Of a DNA stretch of 64,000 bases, positions 24,953 through 37,709 are shown piece by piece (position 1 is the stretch's first letter; each line of letters begins with the position of its first letter). The position numbers and the translations under genes were made by a program. Under the pieces are notes generated by a model that was not told the DNA's origin, did not search any database, and saw nothing but the letters and a program-made list of their open reading frames with translations. The stretch is from assembly GCA_024704765.1 (NCBI GenBank), contig JAKMXF010000222.1, positions 868,001 to 932,000 of the forward strand, in the 5' to 3' direction. Origin of the DNA: Oopsacas minuta (Eukaryota > Animalia > Porifera).

Positions 24953-26848
24953 ATGTCTGGACGAAAGAGTGACTCTATATGGCAGTATTTTGAAGCTAAA
25001 AGAGTATTTGATAAAGCTGGATGCCGTGCAATATGTAAGAAGTGTGGGAAGGAGATGCAAAGACTAGTTGCTAGACTAAAACAACATTATCATGATTGTG
25101 CGGCTGTAATCAACTTCAATAATTATGATAGTGCCGATTCAGACATCTTGTAGCAGAATATCCAGCTTCTATCCCAGACACGTAACTCTGATATAAGTTT
25201 AACTCCCAAAACGAAGAAACAGAAAAAGTGAAATATTACCAACTATGTTATACAAACATCAACAACTCACCTTTTTCCTTTGTTGAACATCCCGAATTTT
25301 TGTAACTTATGGCAATGCTTCGTCCTGGATATCATCCTCCCAATCGACACAAGGTTTGCAATTGACTACTCGATGGACTTTACGATTCTATGCAATCAGA
25401 GTGTACTGAACAACTTCTGGGAAAAATGTGCCCATGTTGTTAGATGGATGGAGTAATATCCATAACGAGCCAGTCGTTTGAGTGTCAGTGACAACATCCG
25501 ATGGAGATAGCTATCTTACCTAAACTATTGACACATCAAGGCATGCAGACACTGCTGAGTATTTACAAGAAGTGGCCACGTCTGCTGTGATGTCAACTGA
25601 ACAACGAAACGGTTGTAAGTAGGTACCGTCACTGACAATGCGTCAAACATGGTCAAAATTAGGGAGAAGTGGTATCTGATAGTCATACTACGGATACAAA
25701 CATAATATCCTATGGATGTTCAGCACATTACCTTAATCTTCTTGCCAAAGATGTCGAAATACCCAGCGCTTAGGTAGATGTCATTCAGATAGTGAAATAT
25801 TTTTGGAATTCTCATCTCCCAGCTGCATGATACAAATTTACAGGCGGAAAAAAATTTACGCTCCACAGGAAGTTCGCTGGAACACTCGCGGATTCTCTTC
25901 AATGTTACTAGATAACTCAGCAATGATCCTCAAAGTTACTAAGAACACCGCGACAATATTGACGGCATGGTCGCAAAGAAAGTACGAGATATTAATATCA
26001 AGAGGAATGCTGAAGACTATCTCAGACGTATGATGCTTATCGCTGTAGTTCTGATAAAGTGCAGAGTGACAGTTGTAAACTGAGTGAGGTTGTTAAAGTT
26101 TGGAAAGCGTTGGAGCTGGAGATGGAATCATCGCAACCATATGTTGTCACACAAAGAGTAGAGTAACGCTCCAAACAGGCGCTAACCACTCCATACTACT
26201 TATCCAACATAATTGATCCATGGTACATGGGTAGAAATTTGTCAAATTGCGAGGTCGATGCTGGATTAGAATTATGCAGCATAGGGTATACATCATGTTT
26301 AGCTACAGTCATTAACTTCAGGGCCAAAGTAAACCATTCAGACTTTTCATGTTTATGGAAGAACTTATACAAAAATCTCCCCTATTACATAGTGGGAATC
26401 TCAGAGCAGTCATCCCACAGTAATACTATGATGACACTTTGTTGCCAACTTGGAGGTGTGGCATCAAAGTGCTGGGATAGAGAGAATATTCTCGACATTT
26501 GGTCTTGTGCAGTCAAAAGTTAGGAATAGGTTAAAAATTGCTAAATCAAGAATATTTGTATTTTTTATACAAGCTGCTGAATACCCACTAAAATATCTTG
26601 CAGTTCTTCATTAATACAAACTCTAGTTTTTAACTTTTTCAATGATAAATATTTTCGTTTCTCATTTTCATCATTGACAGACATTATATTATACGTATAT
26701 TATGAAAGTTATTCTAGAATTCTACGTGATCATGAGTTGATAAAAATATACAGAGGACTAAATCTTGATAAATAAAAAATATATAAAAAATCTGATTTAA
26801 TCAAATAGATCCTGATTTTTGATTTTTGATTTTTTTCTAACCCTAAAT
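24953..26848 (+). pseudogene. hAT transposase relic (BED finger plus DUF659-like core) with right end
   Basis: IWQYF...CKKC...LKQH..C BED finger, FVEHPEF, LDGWSNIHNEP, EVRWNT. GATTTTT repeats ending AACCCT at about 26845. Left TIR not found. Confidence 0.8.
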
Positions 26849-26859
26849 TTATTAAAATA

Positions 26860-28006
26860 ACTAAATTAGCAGTAGTAATGCTCCTGCTAATTGGAAATCT
26901 TGACCTCACAATTCCTAAGTCTTTTAATTCAGATTTATTGGCAATATATAGTTGGCAATGGGCGTCACCTGCTTCACTTATAATCCCCGACATCTTACCA
27001 TCTATCATGGTGCGATGAAATGTTACATTTACAAGTCGATTGGGAAGTAGAATACCCTATTGGTAATAGAATCAACTTCGGAGTTAGCAATGATGTCCAT
27101 TAGAATTTAGATGTTCTCTTGGTTTTCCTTTTGAGCTAATAATGCAATAGGCCATACGCAAAATGGTGAATTTCGGATGTCATTTGACCAAACAGTAGTA
27201 CCAGATGAGTCAATTAGTGAAACAACCTTGGATGCAAAATAATGAAATTTTTGGTGTCGAGCTTCGGTATTCCATCAAACTGATTGTAGATTTTATGACA
27301 CCCAGAGCCATCTAAGCCATCTGAGATCTGTAAACTTAAGGGATATTGACTCTTAAGTAGTTCAGGAACAATTTCCAATAAACTTAACAGAGTTTGTTTC
27401 AAGATGGATCTATAAGAAAATCCGATACCAATATTGACGTCATCTGAAATTTGAATTTCAAGAATATCAGATGAGAGTATATTTCAAGCACGATACTCAG
27501 AAATTATATTATATGGAGGGAAGACATATGCTTACTGGCTTACACAATTTTGTATTTTTTGTGCACTTAAGTTTCCTGATTCCCAAGAAATCTAACAAAA
27601 ACAATGGCTTATCCAAAGGTAACCACATAACAACACTTCCGAATGTCCCATATTCAATAAATTGTTGAAAAGAGTTAAACATTACGGTCAGATTTAAGTT
27701 GGGAGAACATACAACGAATAGAGTGGATCTCGGCTTCAGGGATTTTAAAGCTTCCAAGAAAACATCTGTTGCTTCTCTAACAGACGAGTGAGAGTTTAAG
27801 AATTAAACGCCTCCTTGTAATTCATATAAATATCAAATATCTTTCAATGCAGGAAAATATTCAAAAGTAAAATTTAGGTATCTGCTTTATTTAAAAATAT
27901 TCACCAGCATTTTCGTGGAGCTTTGGGAAATCTGGGAATGGTTTTATTTTGAGGACTACTTAATTATGAATGAATTAAAGTGCTCAGATTTTCTTCCCAC
28001 ATAGTG
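26860..28006 (-). pseudogene. Transib/RAG1-core-like transposase relic, 3' truncated, with candidate CACTATG terminus
   Basis: DGLDGSG (27312), NSPFCVWPIALLAQKEN, TMIDGKM...AHCQL (27002). The two Asp codons are about 310 nt apart. The minus strand begins CACTATG at 28006. Confidence 0.72.
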
Positions 28007-28948
28007 CCCACGATGAATTTTTCCACCCTTTTTAAAGGGGCCTAAAGTTTCCGATCACATTTTCCAGTTTAAAATATAATTATAGGCTATCAAATTTACA
28101 GTTTGTAGTTCTTTGTATATATTTTAAGTCGAGACTATCCATGAACTAATAATAAGTACAATTGTTAGGAGAAATGGAATGCAAATACTGCGTTAGAAAT
28201 TGTTATATCTTCTGAAGTAACTACTAAATATTTCAAATAATAATAATACGGAACTTTATACGTGAATATACTTGAATGTCAAATCGAAAGAATACTAAGC
28301 TCAAATTTGATCTGAATAGGTTTTCGAATATTCAGATTACAAAAGAAAAATTTTCAATGAGTATAACAACAGGAAATTTTCATGCTATTTCAGGTTATGG
28401 AGCCACTGTGAATTGTACATTGAAAGTCGATGGTGATGACAATCACTGGTTCAAATTTCAATAGAGAGCCATTGCCTTAGTATATAGAATGCTATGGAAA
28501 AATCAAAACTTTGGAATAATTCAATTTCGGACCCCTTGTTGAATCCCAATGAAATTGTATATTATGAATATTTAGGATATAAAAAACATAAAAGATGGTG
28601 GGCAAAATGTTGTTTCTATATAAGGGGCAACTGATGCAGCCTAATAAAGTATATATTTATATGTTTGTATGTCCAGAATTGATTGAAGAAACTGGAGGAG
28701 CCCAAGGATAATTTTTGACATGCAGTGGTGTTTGGGGCCTGGCTGGGACAAGTTCGAGTCTTAGATGAAAATTTACATATATGACGAAAGTATGACGTCA
28801 TTGTTACCTTTTTGAATTTTCAAAAATCACATTATTAACCACTGCTCAGACAGTAGAATGATAGAAGTTTTAAGTTTGAGTTACACTAAAAGCCAGCTCC
28901 TCATAGGATTATTACGTCAACATGACTATGCAAAAAATTACAAATTTC

Positions 28949-29214
28949 TTAATACCCGAGGCACGAAGTGGCTCGGGTTATGAAATTGCATCTCCACTGT
29001 CATCACAGAAGGTCAGTGATTGTAATTTGGATGAACCATGGGTAATACAAAATTAGAATTTCAACTATTCTGTGGTATTGGAGCCACGTAGTGCAGAGCA
29101 TATTCTGTCCCGTAGCGACCAATAACACTATAAAATTTAGCTGTTTAATGAATACTTAAGCTAACCTGGAGCACTAAGCTGTTACACAGCGACTTAGCAA
29201 GCGAAGTGCGCTAG
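28949..29214 (+). mobile_element. Short Helitron/Helentron-like (HINE-type) element
   Basis: 5' inverted repeat ACCCGAG...CTCGGGT (28954-28978), 3' hairpins, and end CTAG followed by TTT. A related 3' segment occurs at 45441-45482. Confidence 0.4.
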
Positions 29215-29569
29215 TTTGTAATAAATCTTATCACGATTTAGATCATTTTATTGATACTCTTTCAGTACATTTCCCCAATAATGTATATTTTCCTACCTGA
29301 TCACTCTTCTATTTTGTCTAGTTCATATTCTCCTTTCTATTTCTCACACTTAATTGTTTCTTCTGTTTTAAATTTAGACTTTTTCTATGACACAATTCTG
29401 TCTAAATTCCAAATAAATGTTCTGCTCCTGGTAGAAGTAACTATGACGGTAAATCACACACATTTTAAAGGTGCCTAATGCTCAACCTCATATAGTTTTC
29501 AAATGAAAACAATTTCATTACAGAGAATGTTTTAAGAAAATAACAATACCTATGATTTAGAAATAAGTA

Positions 29570-30005
29570 GAATGAAATGGTAACTTGGCTTGTAAATCCT
29601 GAAATCTGGTAATCTTCAACTTCTTCTCTTCAGTATTGAGTATCAGACTGACATTCATAGCTTTGGAGTAGTTCATGATTCATTTGAGAGGATACACGAA
29701 TCCGATTCGTGATAGATTGTGTGGAATTGTAACCTGGGTATCCAGATAAATCGACTGTACAGCACCTCCTTCAGCTTCGAAGACATGGGAGGGGCTTCTC
29801 AATAAGTGCCATTTCCATTAGGCACTATATCTCATTGTCTATATTCTATGTCTCCCTATTGAAATTGTTGGAATACAAGTAAACAGTCTTGAGACCATAA
29901 ACATTTATCGATGGAGGATCTAAGTTCATCTTGCTTTGTGGCATTGAAAGGACCGGAAATTGCTTTTCATTGTCCTAGACCGGGGGGAGAACAGCGTCTG
30001 GGCAT
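29570..30005 (-). pseudogene. Third THAP/P-like N-terminal relic
   Basis: MPRRCSPPG start, LKTVYL, and VPNGNGTY.E...KLKE(G)AV, paralleling the 19661 THAP fragment; frameshifted. Confidence 0.6.
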
Positions 30006-30094
30006 TGGATGTGCAGAATTAATTGTATGAACGTGTAAATATAAGCAGAAGAATTCAAATTCAAATAAAATTTCAGTGTAGAAATTATATATTA

Positions 30095-31396
30095 CGAGGG
30101 GCACTCAATAAGTTTTGAGCCTGACTGTGTTGCGGCTCTTATATAAGTAAACCATTACTTGTTTCGAATAAACATGGGATAAATATACTTCGCTGAAAAT
30201 CTTGTAACTTTATCTTGTATACTTTTCAGATAGAAGTAGTTTTATTATCCTTAGATTCCTTAATTACCAAATCCTCAATACAGTTATCAAGGCGTGATAT
30301 TCGTGCGATAATACTTTTTCAGTTCCAACTTTTGAAAACAATAAAAGAATTTCCAGAAAATTTCTTTACAGCCTTTGCAAATAACAAGGTAACTGTGGAA
30401 ACAGTGAAAAGATGGTACAGAGAATTTATTGTGTGAATTTTCATCTCGAAGACCAACCCCGCCCTGGACCCCCCCATACGCTGTTACAGAGGGAATTGTT
30501 GAGGCAATTGAAAACATGGTGATAGCAGACCCAAATGTTACATATGAGAGGATTCAGCACGAATTTAGCATTTCATCCGGGGCAGTGCACACTGTTTTAC
30601 ACCAATCCCTTCAGCTACGTAAACTTTGTGCTCGTTGGATCCCACATCAGCTTCATCCTTAGCAGAAGCAGAATCGAGTGAAATGGTTTCACGAAATGCT
30701 TAAAAGATTCAACAATGGCAACAGTAGAGATGTTTCCCAAGATAATAACTGGCGATGAAACATGGAGCTATCACTATGACACAGAAACAAAGCAGCAGAG
30801 CCGTCAATGGTGTGAAATTGGAGAAGGTCCCTCAACAAAGGCCCACAGAACTCAGTACACTAAGAAACAAATGTATGCAATTTTTTTAATACAACGAGTG
30901 TTAAAACTGTTGTACCTCTTGAACCTGGTAAGACAATTAATTAAACCTGGTATATAGAGAGTTGCTTGCCTCTAGTCATAAAAGCAATAAGTTGACAACG
31001 TCCTGGCACAGGATTAAGGGGAACTTTTTTGCACCACTATAATGCCAGTTCTCATACATCAAAAATGACAAGACAATTCATTGAAGAATCAGGACTACAT
31101 ATTTGCCACACCCCCCCTTATTCTCCAGATCTAGCACCATGCGACTTCTGGCTCTTTTCTAGAATAAAAATATACCTTAAAGCAGAAATTTTTCATCGAA
31201 TTCTGAATTTGTCGGAGCCCTCGGAGAAGTGATCGGAGACATCAACGAAAATGAATTTAAAGAAGCTATTCAAGCTTGATTTAAACGAATGAACAAGTGT
31301 ATTCAAGCTAAAGGATGCTATTTCGAACAATTATAGTAAACATAATAGATTGATGCTTTTTGATAATTAGGCTCAAAAGTAATTGAGTACCCCTCG
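30095..31396 (+). mobile_element. Second mariner family, full length, transposase pseudogene
   Basis: 28-bp TIRs CGAGGGG(C/T)ACTCAAT...TTTTGAGCCT with TA flanks; RWIPHQL, IITGDETW and YSPDLAPCDFWLF; several frameshifts. Confidence 0.93.
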
Positions 31397-32163
31397 TACA
31401 GGAAAATATTTAACAAGTATGGGGTGAATAAAAAATTAAAAATGTAAATATTTCCAATTAGTATTGTTGGTGAATAACAACTTATAATCCAAAGGTAAAA
31501 ATATGCCAACGCATTCGAAAACACAAAATTTAAATTAGAATATGTAATTATACCCTCCAATAATGATTTCTATGATATTAATGAAAAATTTCATTCCTAT
31601 GGACACAAGCATCCCTTGTCCAAATCAACAATCAGTTCTGAGGCTTTATGTATGGAAAGCTATGACATATTGCGTATATATAATATTGCAGGTCAAAGAT
31701 TTATGTATCATAAACAGAAAATATCAAAAATTTGTAATGAAAATTTAGTAAACGTTGGCTGAAATTTGATACGCTCTATAATCGGCAATTAAATAGAGTA
31801 ATATGTCAGCAACATAATGTACTGAGAATAAAAAGAGCATAAACCAACTCTTGTTTACTATGTCCCTGCATAGTAGCTTTCGCATGTCTGGTTAGCTAAA
31901 ATATAAACTGCTAAATTTCTTGATGTTTTGGTTGCCACGCGACAGGATATACTTGGCACTCAAATATCGACAAATTTTATATTATCCATTGGTCCATCCA
32001 AATTCCATCTAGTGCCTTCTGTGGTAATATTTTGATATATTTGTTCCGGTCGAAACTAATTTGTCATGTTTTCTCCATTTAATAAATTTGTTCCGGGTTA
32101 AATTTATCTGTAAAGTATTGTTATGAGTTCTTCCATTTTGAACATATTTATTCCGTTTAGATT

Positions 32164-32400
32164 TCAATTTTTTCGAACTTTAGATATCCAAAAGGCGAAG
32201 ATTTTGCATTTCTTGTTTATTGTGTTCATATCACATAGGTATTTAAGGGACATTTTGACCGGATTAAGCGGAATAAAGGTATTGAGCCGATTATCGGAGG
32301 TATTTAACACGTTTACATGGTTCTGTTCCTGGCCAAGTGATAGATTAACCAGTTGCTCTATTAAGCGGAGTCTACCGCATTTATAATGGAGAAACTTCAG
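32164..32400 (-). pseudogene. Diverged, truncated paralogue of the NTC domain
   Basis: INKKCKIFAFWISKVRKN resembles IRQKMFDELRFWISKERN at 34320-34712; runs directly into the inverted repeat. Confidence 0.5.
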
Positions 32401-32458
32401 AATATATGGAATCAACTTACAATATACCTGTCCTCCCTTACCAGTTCCAACAAGTATA

Positions 32459-33769
32459 CAAGGTGACAATTAAGTTCTGTTACATTGATTGTACAGTCGC
32501 TAATTACTATGTTTACAGTGCAACCCTAATCACTAGTCTTTTTTCGTTAACTTTACTTGAGTATAGTCGAGTTACAATAGCATTTGATACTGTTTAGCAT
32601 CCAGTACATTTTTCTTACATCATGGTAGATGCAAGGTCCAAAATCATCACTCATTATTTGTCCGATAATACGCCAACTGAAATTTTGAAGAAGCTGAAAC
32701 ATGAGAAAGTGAATAGAATGCTGGTGTATCGAACCATAAAACGATACAAAGAGACTAGTGGCATAACTGACAAGGCTCGTTCAGGCAGACCACCCATTGC
32801 GAGATCCATCCGACTCAGGAAGGTAGTGAGAAGTCGAGTTGCGCGAAATCCCAGACGCTCGATGCGAAAAATGGCCAAGGAATTGGAAATTAACCGTGAA
32901 TCGCTTAGAAAACTCGTACATCAGGACTTGGGACTAAAATCTCTCAAAAGAAAGACGGTGTATCATCTGACACCATCAATTCGTCAAAAGAGACTCGAAA
33001 GATGCAAGGGGCTCCTCCGGCGGCACGGAACCCAAGATTTTGAAAAAAATATTTTTTCCGATGAAAAGCTCTTCACTGTAGAGGAAGCCACGAACCGTCA
33101 AAAGGACAGGATTTTATCTACTACCGCTAAAGACATCCCTGAAGGGTTAAATTTGTTGATCGAGTCCAGAAACCTCAATCTGTTATGGTTTGGGGAGGAG
33201 TGACGGACAATTCGAGGACAAATCTGATTTTTATCCCGAAAGGAGTAAAAATAAACTCAGAAACGTACAGGAAGCTAATACTCGAGCCGGAAGTCAAAGA
33301 TGCAGGTCGTCACCTATTCAAAAACCAGGAATGGGTATTCCAACAGGACTCAGCTCCAGCGCATGCCTCAAACGCGACTCAGTCCTGGCTTAGGGGGCAA
33401 AATATCAAGTTTTTGCCAAAGACGGAATGGCCACCTTCCAGCCCGGACCTCAATCCGATGGATTATTCTGTGTGGGGTAATTTAGAGAAGAGGGCTTGTG
33501 CTAAACCCCATAAAAGTTTGGCGTCGCTACTGAACGCATTAACCAGAGAATGGAATAACATCCCACAAGAAGACCTGAGAGCCGTAGTCCTAAAATTTAG
33601 GACACGAATACATTCCGTAGTTAAGAATAAGGGTGGCTAAATTGAAAAATATTTTGTAGAATGATTCGGTACTATATAACTAATATTCAAGAGAAATTTG
33701 AACGATATCTATTTTATAGTTTCGGAGTTATTCGCAAATTCGAATGTAACAGAATTTATTGTCACCCTG
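32459..33769 (+). mobile_element. maT (DD37D) transposon with a single frameshift near 33145
   Basis: ~27-bp TIRs CA(A/G)GGTGACAAT...TTCTGTTACATT with TA flanks; IFSDEK, QQDSAPAH and SPDLNPMD, with 37 residues between the last two D. Confidence 0.93.
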
Positions 33770-35170
33770 TAAAAATCTAGCTAACAAAGATAGCATTGAT
33801 ACATAATTTCATGAAACCGATAAATGATGTAACACACTCTAATGACATTGCAATCTACGTACTCTAGTACAGCTTTAGTGTTTCATATCTAATAGGTAAA
33901 TAATAAAATTGACATTAGCATGATTGGAGAATTGTAACGTGTTGCTTGTACAATTTTTTTGACGAGTATTGGTGCCAGTTATATGTAGATCCTCCATTCA
34001 TCATAACAATAAACCGTCCCTTCGATGTAAATTTTAAGACTGAAAATGACCTCCTGAAAGTAGAGTGTATCCATGCGATCTGTACGTAAATAGTTCTCCC
34101 TTGTGTGTGATTGATAAGATTCTTTCGATCGTGCTTCTAGAGCTGAATAATTTTCTATGTCCCGTTTCTACAAACGAGAAATGGATTAATTTCTGACAAC
34201 TTCCATTTAGTTTTCTATGGTCTCGTTCTCCTAGTTGCATAATAGACATTTTGGTGCAGTTAATCTATAGTCAATGGCGTTTTGGAAACTTAAATCAAAT
34301 TTTGTATGAGAAGTCAAATCTATCGAGGTTGTGAAGGATCAGTAACAGTTCCAGCATTGAAATGAAGAGTTGTATCTATTACTCGTAAGATTAAGATGGC
34401 GCGCATCAAGGTCACAAAAGCAAATTCTGAATCATAGAAATTAATGATCTCGGGATTGGAAGCGATATTTCTTTCTTTCGAAATCCAGAAACGTAGTTCG
34501 TCGAACATTTTTTGCCGAATTAGCAGAATAAGCTGTGCTAGTTTATCTTCCATTTCTATGCGGAGATATTCTAGTGTTGGTAGAATCGACTCCTTATGTA
34601 GACTTATAAGTGTAATAAAGTTGTCTGTACTACAAGTATTGACCAATTTCTTACCATCGTAATTTCCATTCCATGTAACACAAAGTTGATTTAAGCTGTT
34701 CTGAACCACCACATCTAAACCAAAATCTTCGCAGAGACCTTTATGAGGGGACTTTTAACTTTCGAACACTCGATGCTGTAACTCTCTTAACGAACTTGCG
34801 TTTTATTAGTTGAATTTTGTTATTTTTACGGACAAGTACAGTATGAAGTTTTACCTTAATAACTTCAGCAGGGCCTATCCAAGGGTCTTTTGTATCTGTA
34901 CCAGGTTGCATCTTTTCTTTTCTACTATCTCAGATTAACACTAGATCCCAAATATTAAGTTACACAAGAAATCTCTTGTTTAACTTAGATTCAAAACATC
35001 TCTAAATTTCAGTTTGTGCTTTGTTATATTGTTAAGAGCTTTAGGAAATGAATATTCCTTAGCTTTTCGCAAAGATTTGCAATAATTTTCTATATTACTT
35101 TCTACTTCGATCGAAGTAGAATCATCCTTACCAGAAAGGACATTAATATCTTGAAAACAAACTTCTCCTA

Positions 35171-35416
35171 CATTGCCCGGCCAAAAATATTGGAACACCC
35201 TGCCACAATTAATACCTGAAACAAAGGGTATGCTACCATAGTTGTATAAGCTAAAGATGTTTCAAATAATGTTGAACATAAATATATCATAAAACGAATG
35301 ATAACAAGCTATTGTTCTACTTTCTGCAATATCCATAGAATCTTTAACATATTCTTATCTAATGCCACTTGTGCACAAGTTGTAAACAGTGTTCCAATAC
35401 TTTTGGCCAGGCAGTG
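35171..35416. mobile_element. 246-bp Tc1-type MITE inside the Ginger ORF
   Basis: TIRs CA(T/C)TGCC(C/T)GGCCAAAAA..TTGGAACAC with TA flanks; the integrase reading resumes on both sides. Confidence 0.9.
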
Positions 35417-35953
35417 TAGATTTTCTGCCTCTATTGGCGTACGTTGTTTTCTAAGCCCATTCATTAATTCACAAGCTGAAAAACAGTGCTGGTCTCTTTC
35501 GAATGTTAATAGAAACACAACTTGCTCCAAATGATCATGCCAATTTTATCGTTTGATACTTAACATTTTCATTAGGTATCTTTTAATAGTTTTGTCAGAA
35601 GATTCGTCGAGTCAGTTTATTTGAGGGTGAATCGGAGCAGATAGTAAGATTTTACAGTTCCATGCACTTAGGAAAATTTGCATTACGCTGTTTATAAATT
35701 CCATTACATTATCTGAAATAGTTTCCAGAGGAGCACCTTATCGCTTATATATGGAAAATAACCATTTCGCAGTCTCTTCTGCAGTCTTGCATTTTAAGGC
35801 TCGAGCTTTTATATACTTGGTGAAATAATTTGTTACTGTGAGTATTAAACATAGCCAGAAGATGGAAATCTAGGTTTGCAGAGATCTATTCCTACTTTAA
35901 CCCATGGTTTCGGGAAAACTTTAATAGGAGTAAGTGGATCGTTAGGAGACTTA

Positions 35954-36488
35954 CCGTATTTCCCCGAATAAGCGCCGGTCTATTATAAGTGCCCGTTTAA
36001 ATAAACGCTAGGGATTGAAATTCATTGATCAGTAAAGGTATATGTATATGGTATATCACAAGTTTGAATGAATGAATAATGTTTACATTATGATTCTATC
36101 GATTAAAAAACTGAAAGTAGGCGTAATAAACGTGTTAGTGTGAACTGATTACGTGATGTGAAAAACATTCTGATTAGTATAAAGCTCGATTAATAGAGGT
36201 TGGATCATAAGTCTGAAAACCCGCACGAACTAGACTTTGAACAAGATGAACTAATCAAATTGTTATCCTAGTTGACGAAAATTTGTGTGAGGAGGTCCAG
36301 GATGATCCTTATAAATGCACTACATAGTTACGTAGCTTTTATATAGTACTAACTTCATCAATGTATTATTAGATACTACCTATTTAATTAGAGAAAACTA
36401 ATTTCTATCATCTTCCTCAAAATAAGGGACTGGAGTTTCATGTGCACGAAAAAAATAAGCGCCGGGGCGCTTATTCAGGGAAATACGG
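35954..36488. mobile_element. 535-bp pogo-type MITE between the HHCC and core of the Ginger integrase
   Basis: 23-bp TIRs CCGTATTTCCC(C/T)GAATAAGCGCC with TA flanks. Confidence 0.92.
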
Positions 36489-37709
36489 TAAGTTTATACT
36501 TACATCGACAACAACGATCACACTTTTCTGTATACTCTTTGATGGTCGCTGTCACACTAGGCCAAAAGTAACGATCGCGCGCGAGATTATATGTATAACG
36601 GTAACACTGATGGCCACAATCATCGTGGTTTTCTTTTAGGACACTTTCAACTTTGGAATCTTGAATTAAAATAGATGGTTTGTCGATTTGATTCCAATAA
36701 TAAAAAATTAGCCGAAATAATTCTATAACGCTCAGCGTTTTTGTGTAGAGATCGTTGTTTATTTCGGAGATTCCACAGGGATAACACCAGCTAGCGAGAT
36801 AGTTATGAATATCTTAATAGTTTTCCGGTTACATCTAAACAAACAAAGAACAGGGTAACAGAAAGACACTGTTTGTTGATCGATGTTGATATATTTATAT
36901 CCAAAAGTAGGCGAACATGATTGTACTATATTTACAAAATATTGTCTTGACCGAACAAAGTGATATCTCTACCCGGAACAAATATGTTACAAAATGGAAG
37001 AACCCATAACAATACATTACACGATAAATTTAACCAGTAACAAATTTGAGAAATGAAGGAATAATGACAAATTTCTTAGGGCATAAAAAAGCTCCCATCT
37101 TTATTTAATATCTTGACACTACAACATCTTGCTAGTCAAATTTCTACATAAAATGTTCGAAATACTCCCCCTCTACATCTATGCATAGTTGTAGCTTTTA
37201 ACCCATTTCGAAAATGTTTTTTTATACTCGTCTCTGCCCATTGAAGTGAGATAGAGGTAAATCCCATTTCCTAACTCTTGTCGGATATAAAATAGCCGTC
37301 CTTCCAGATTTATTTTCAGTTCAGGAAATAGCCAGAAATCACAAGGTGATAGACTGGAGAATACGGAGGATGCTTCATCGTTTCAAACCCGATATCCTCA
37401 ATAACTTCCCTACGTATTTTGAATCATGGGGTCTGGCATTATTGTAGAGAAGTTTGATTCCTCGAGTTCCTATACGCGGACGTCGATTTGCTTTGTCCCT
37501 ACGCAGAGGTTCAGAATATTTAATCCAAATTTCGTCACCAGTTACGATGTCATATAATCTTCGAGAATCACAATTTCTATATTCTTTAAGCAAATTTTCG
37601 CGCATGGAACCCTCTTTTCCTTTTGCCCCTTTGTGAGGATTTTTGGAATCCATCGCACTGAAATCTTTCGATATTCGAGATAATTGTGTAGAATCGTATG
37701 AACCCCTCC

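Larger units (their letters stand above)
33980..36830 (-). pseudogene. Ginger-type integrase (YPYY, HHCC, DD35E, GPY/F-like) plus C-terminal NTC...GHF domain
   Basis: NYL..WCYPCG; NHDDCGH...YFWP...CDRC; PWVKVGIDL; YFTKY; TISDN-35 aa-E with one stop in between; PWIGP; LVNTCSTDN; GGHF. Split by two MITEs. Confidence 0.85.
32058..37075 (-). mobile_element. Ginger1-like (Gypsy-integrase-related) DNA transposon region with nested insertions
   Basis: Integrase with no RT/RNaseH upstream. A ~100-bp inverted repeat pairs 32058-32155 with 36965-37075 and contains TTGTTCCGG motifs. Exact termini and TSD were not found, and the region may be two adjacent copies. Confidence 0.7.

Noticed and set aside
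28276-28464. 62-aa ORF as a RAG2-like or host exon next to the Transib relic
   Set aside because: No kelch/PHD or other motif recognised; low-complexity AT-rich sequence.
35420-36830. Gypsy LTR retrotransposon
   Set aside because: Integrase only. No RT, RNaseH, gag or LTRs were seen, and a terminal-type inverted repeat lies about 130 bp upstream, which fits Ginger.
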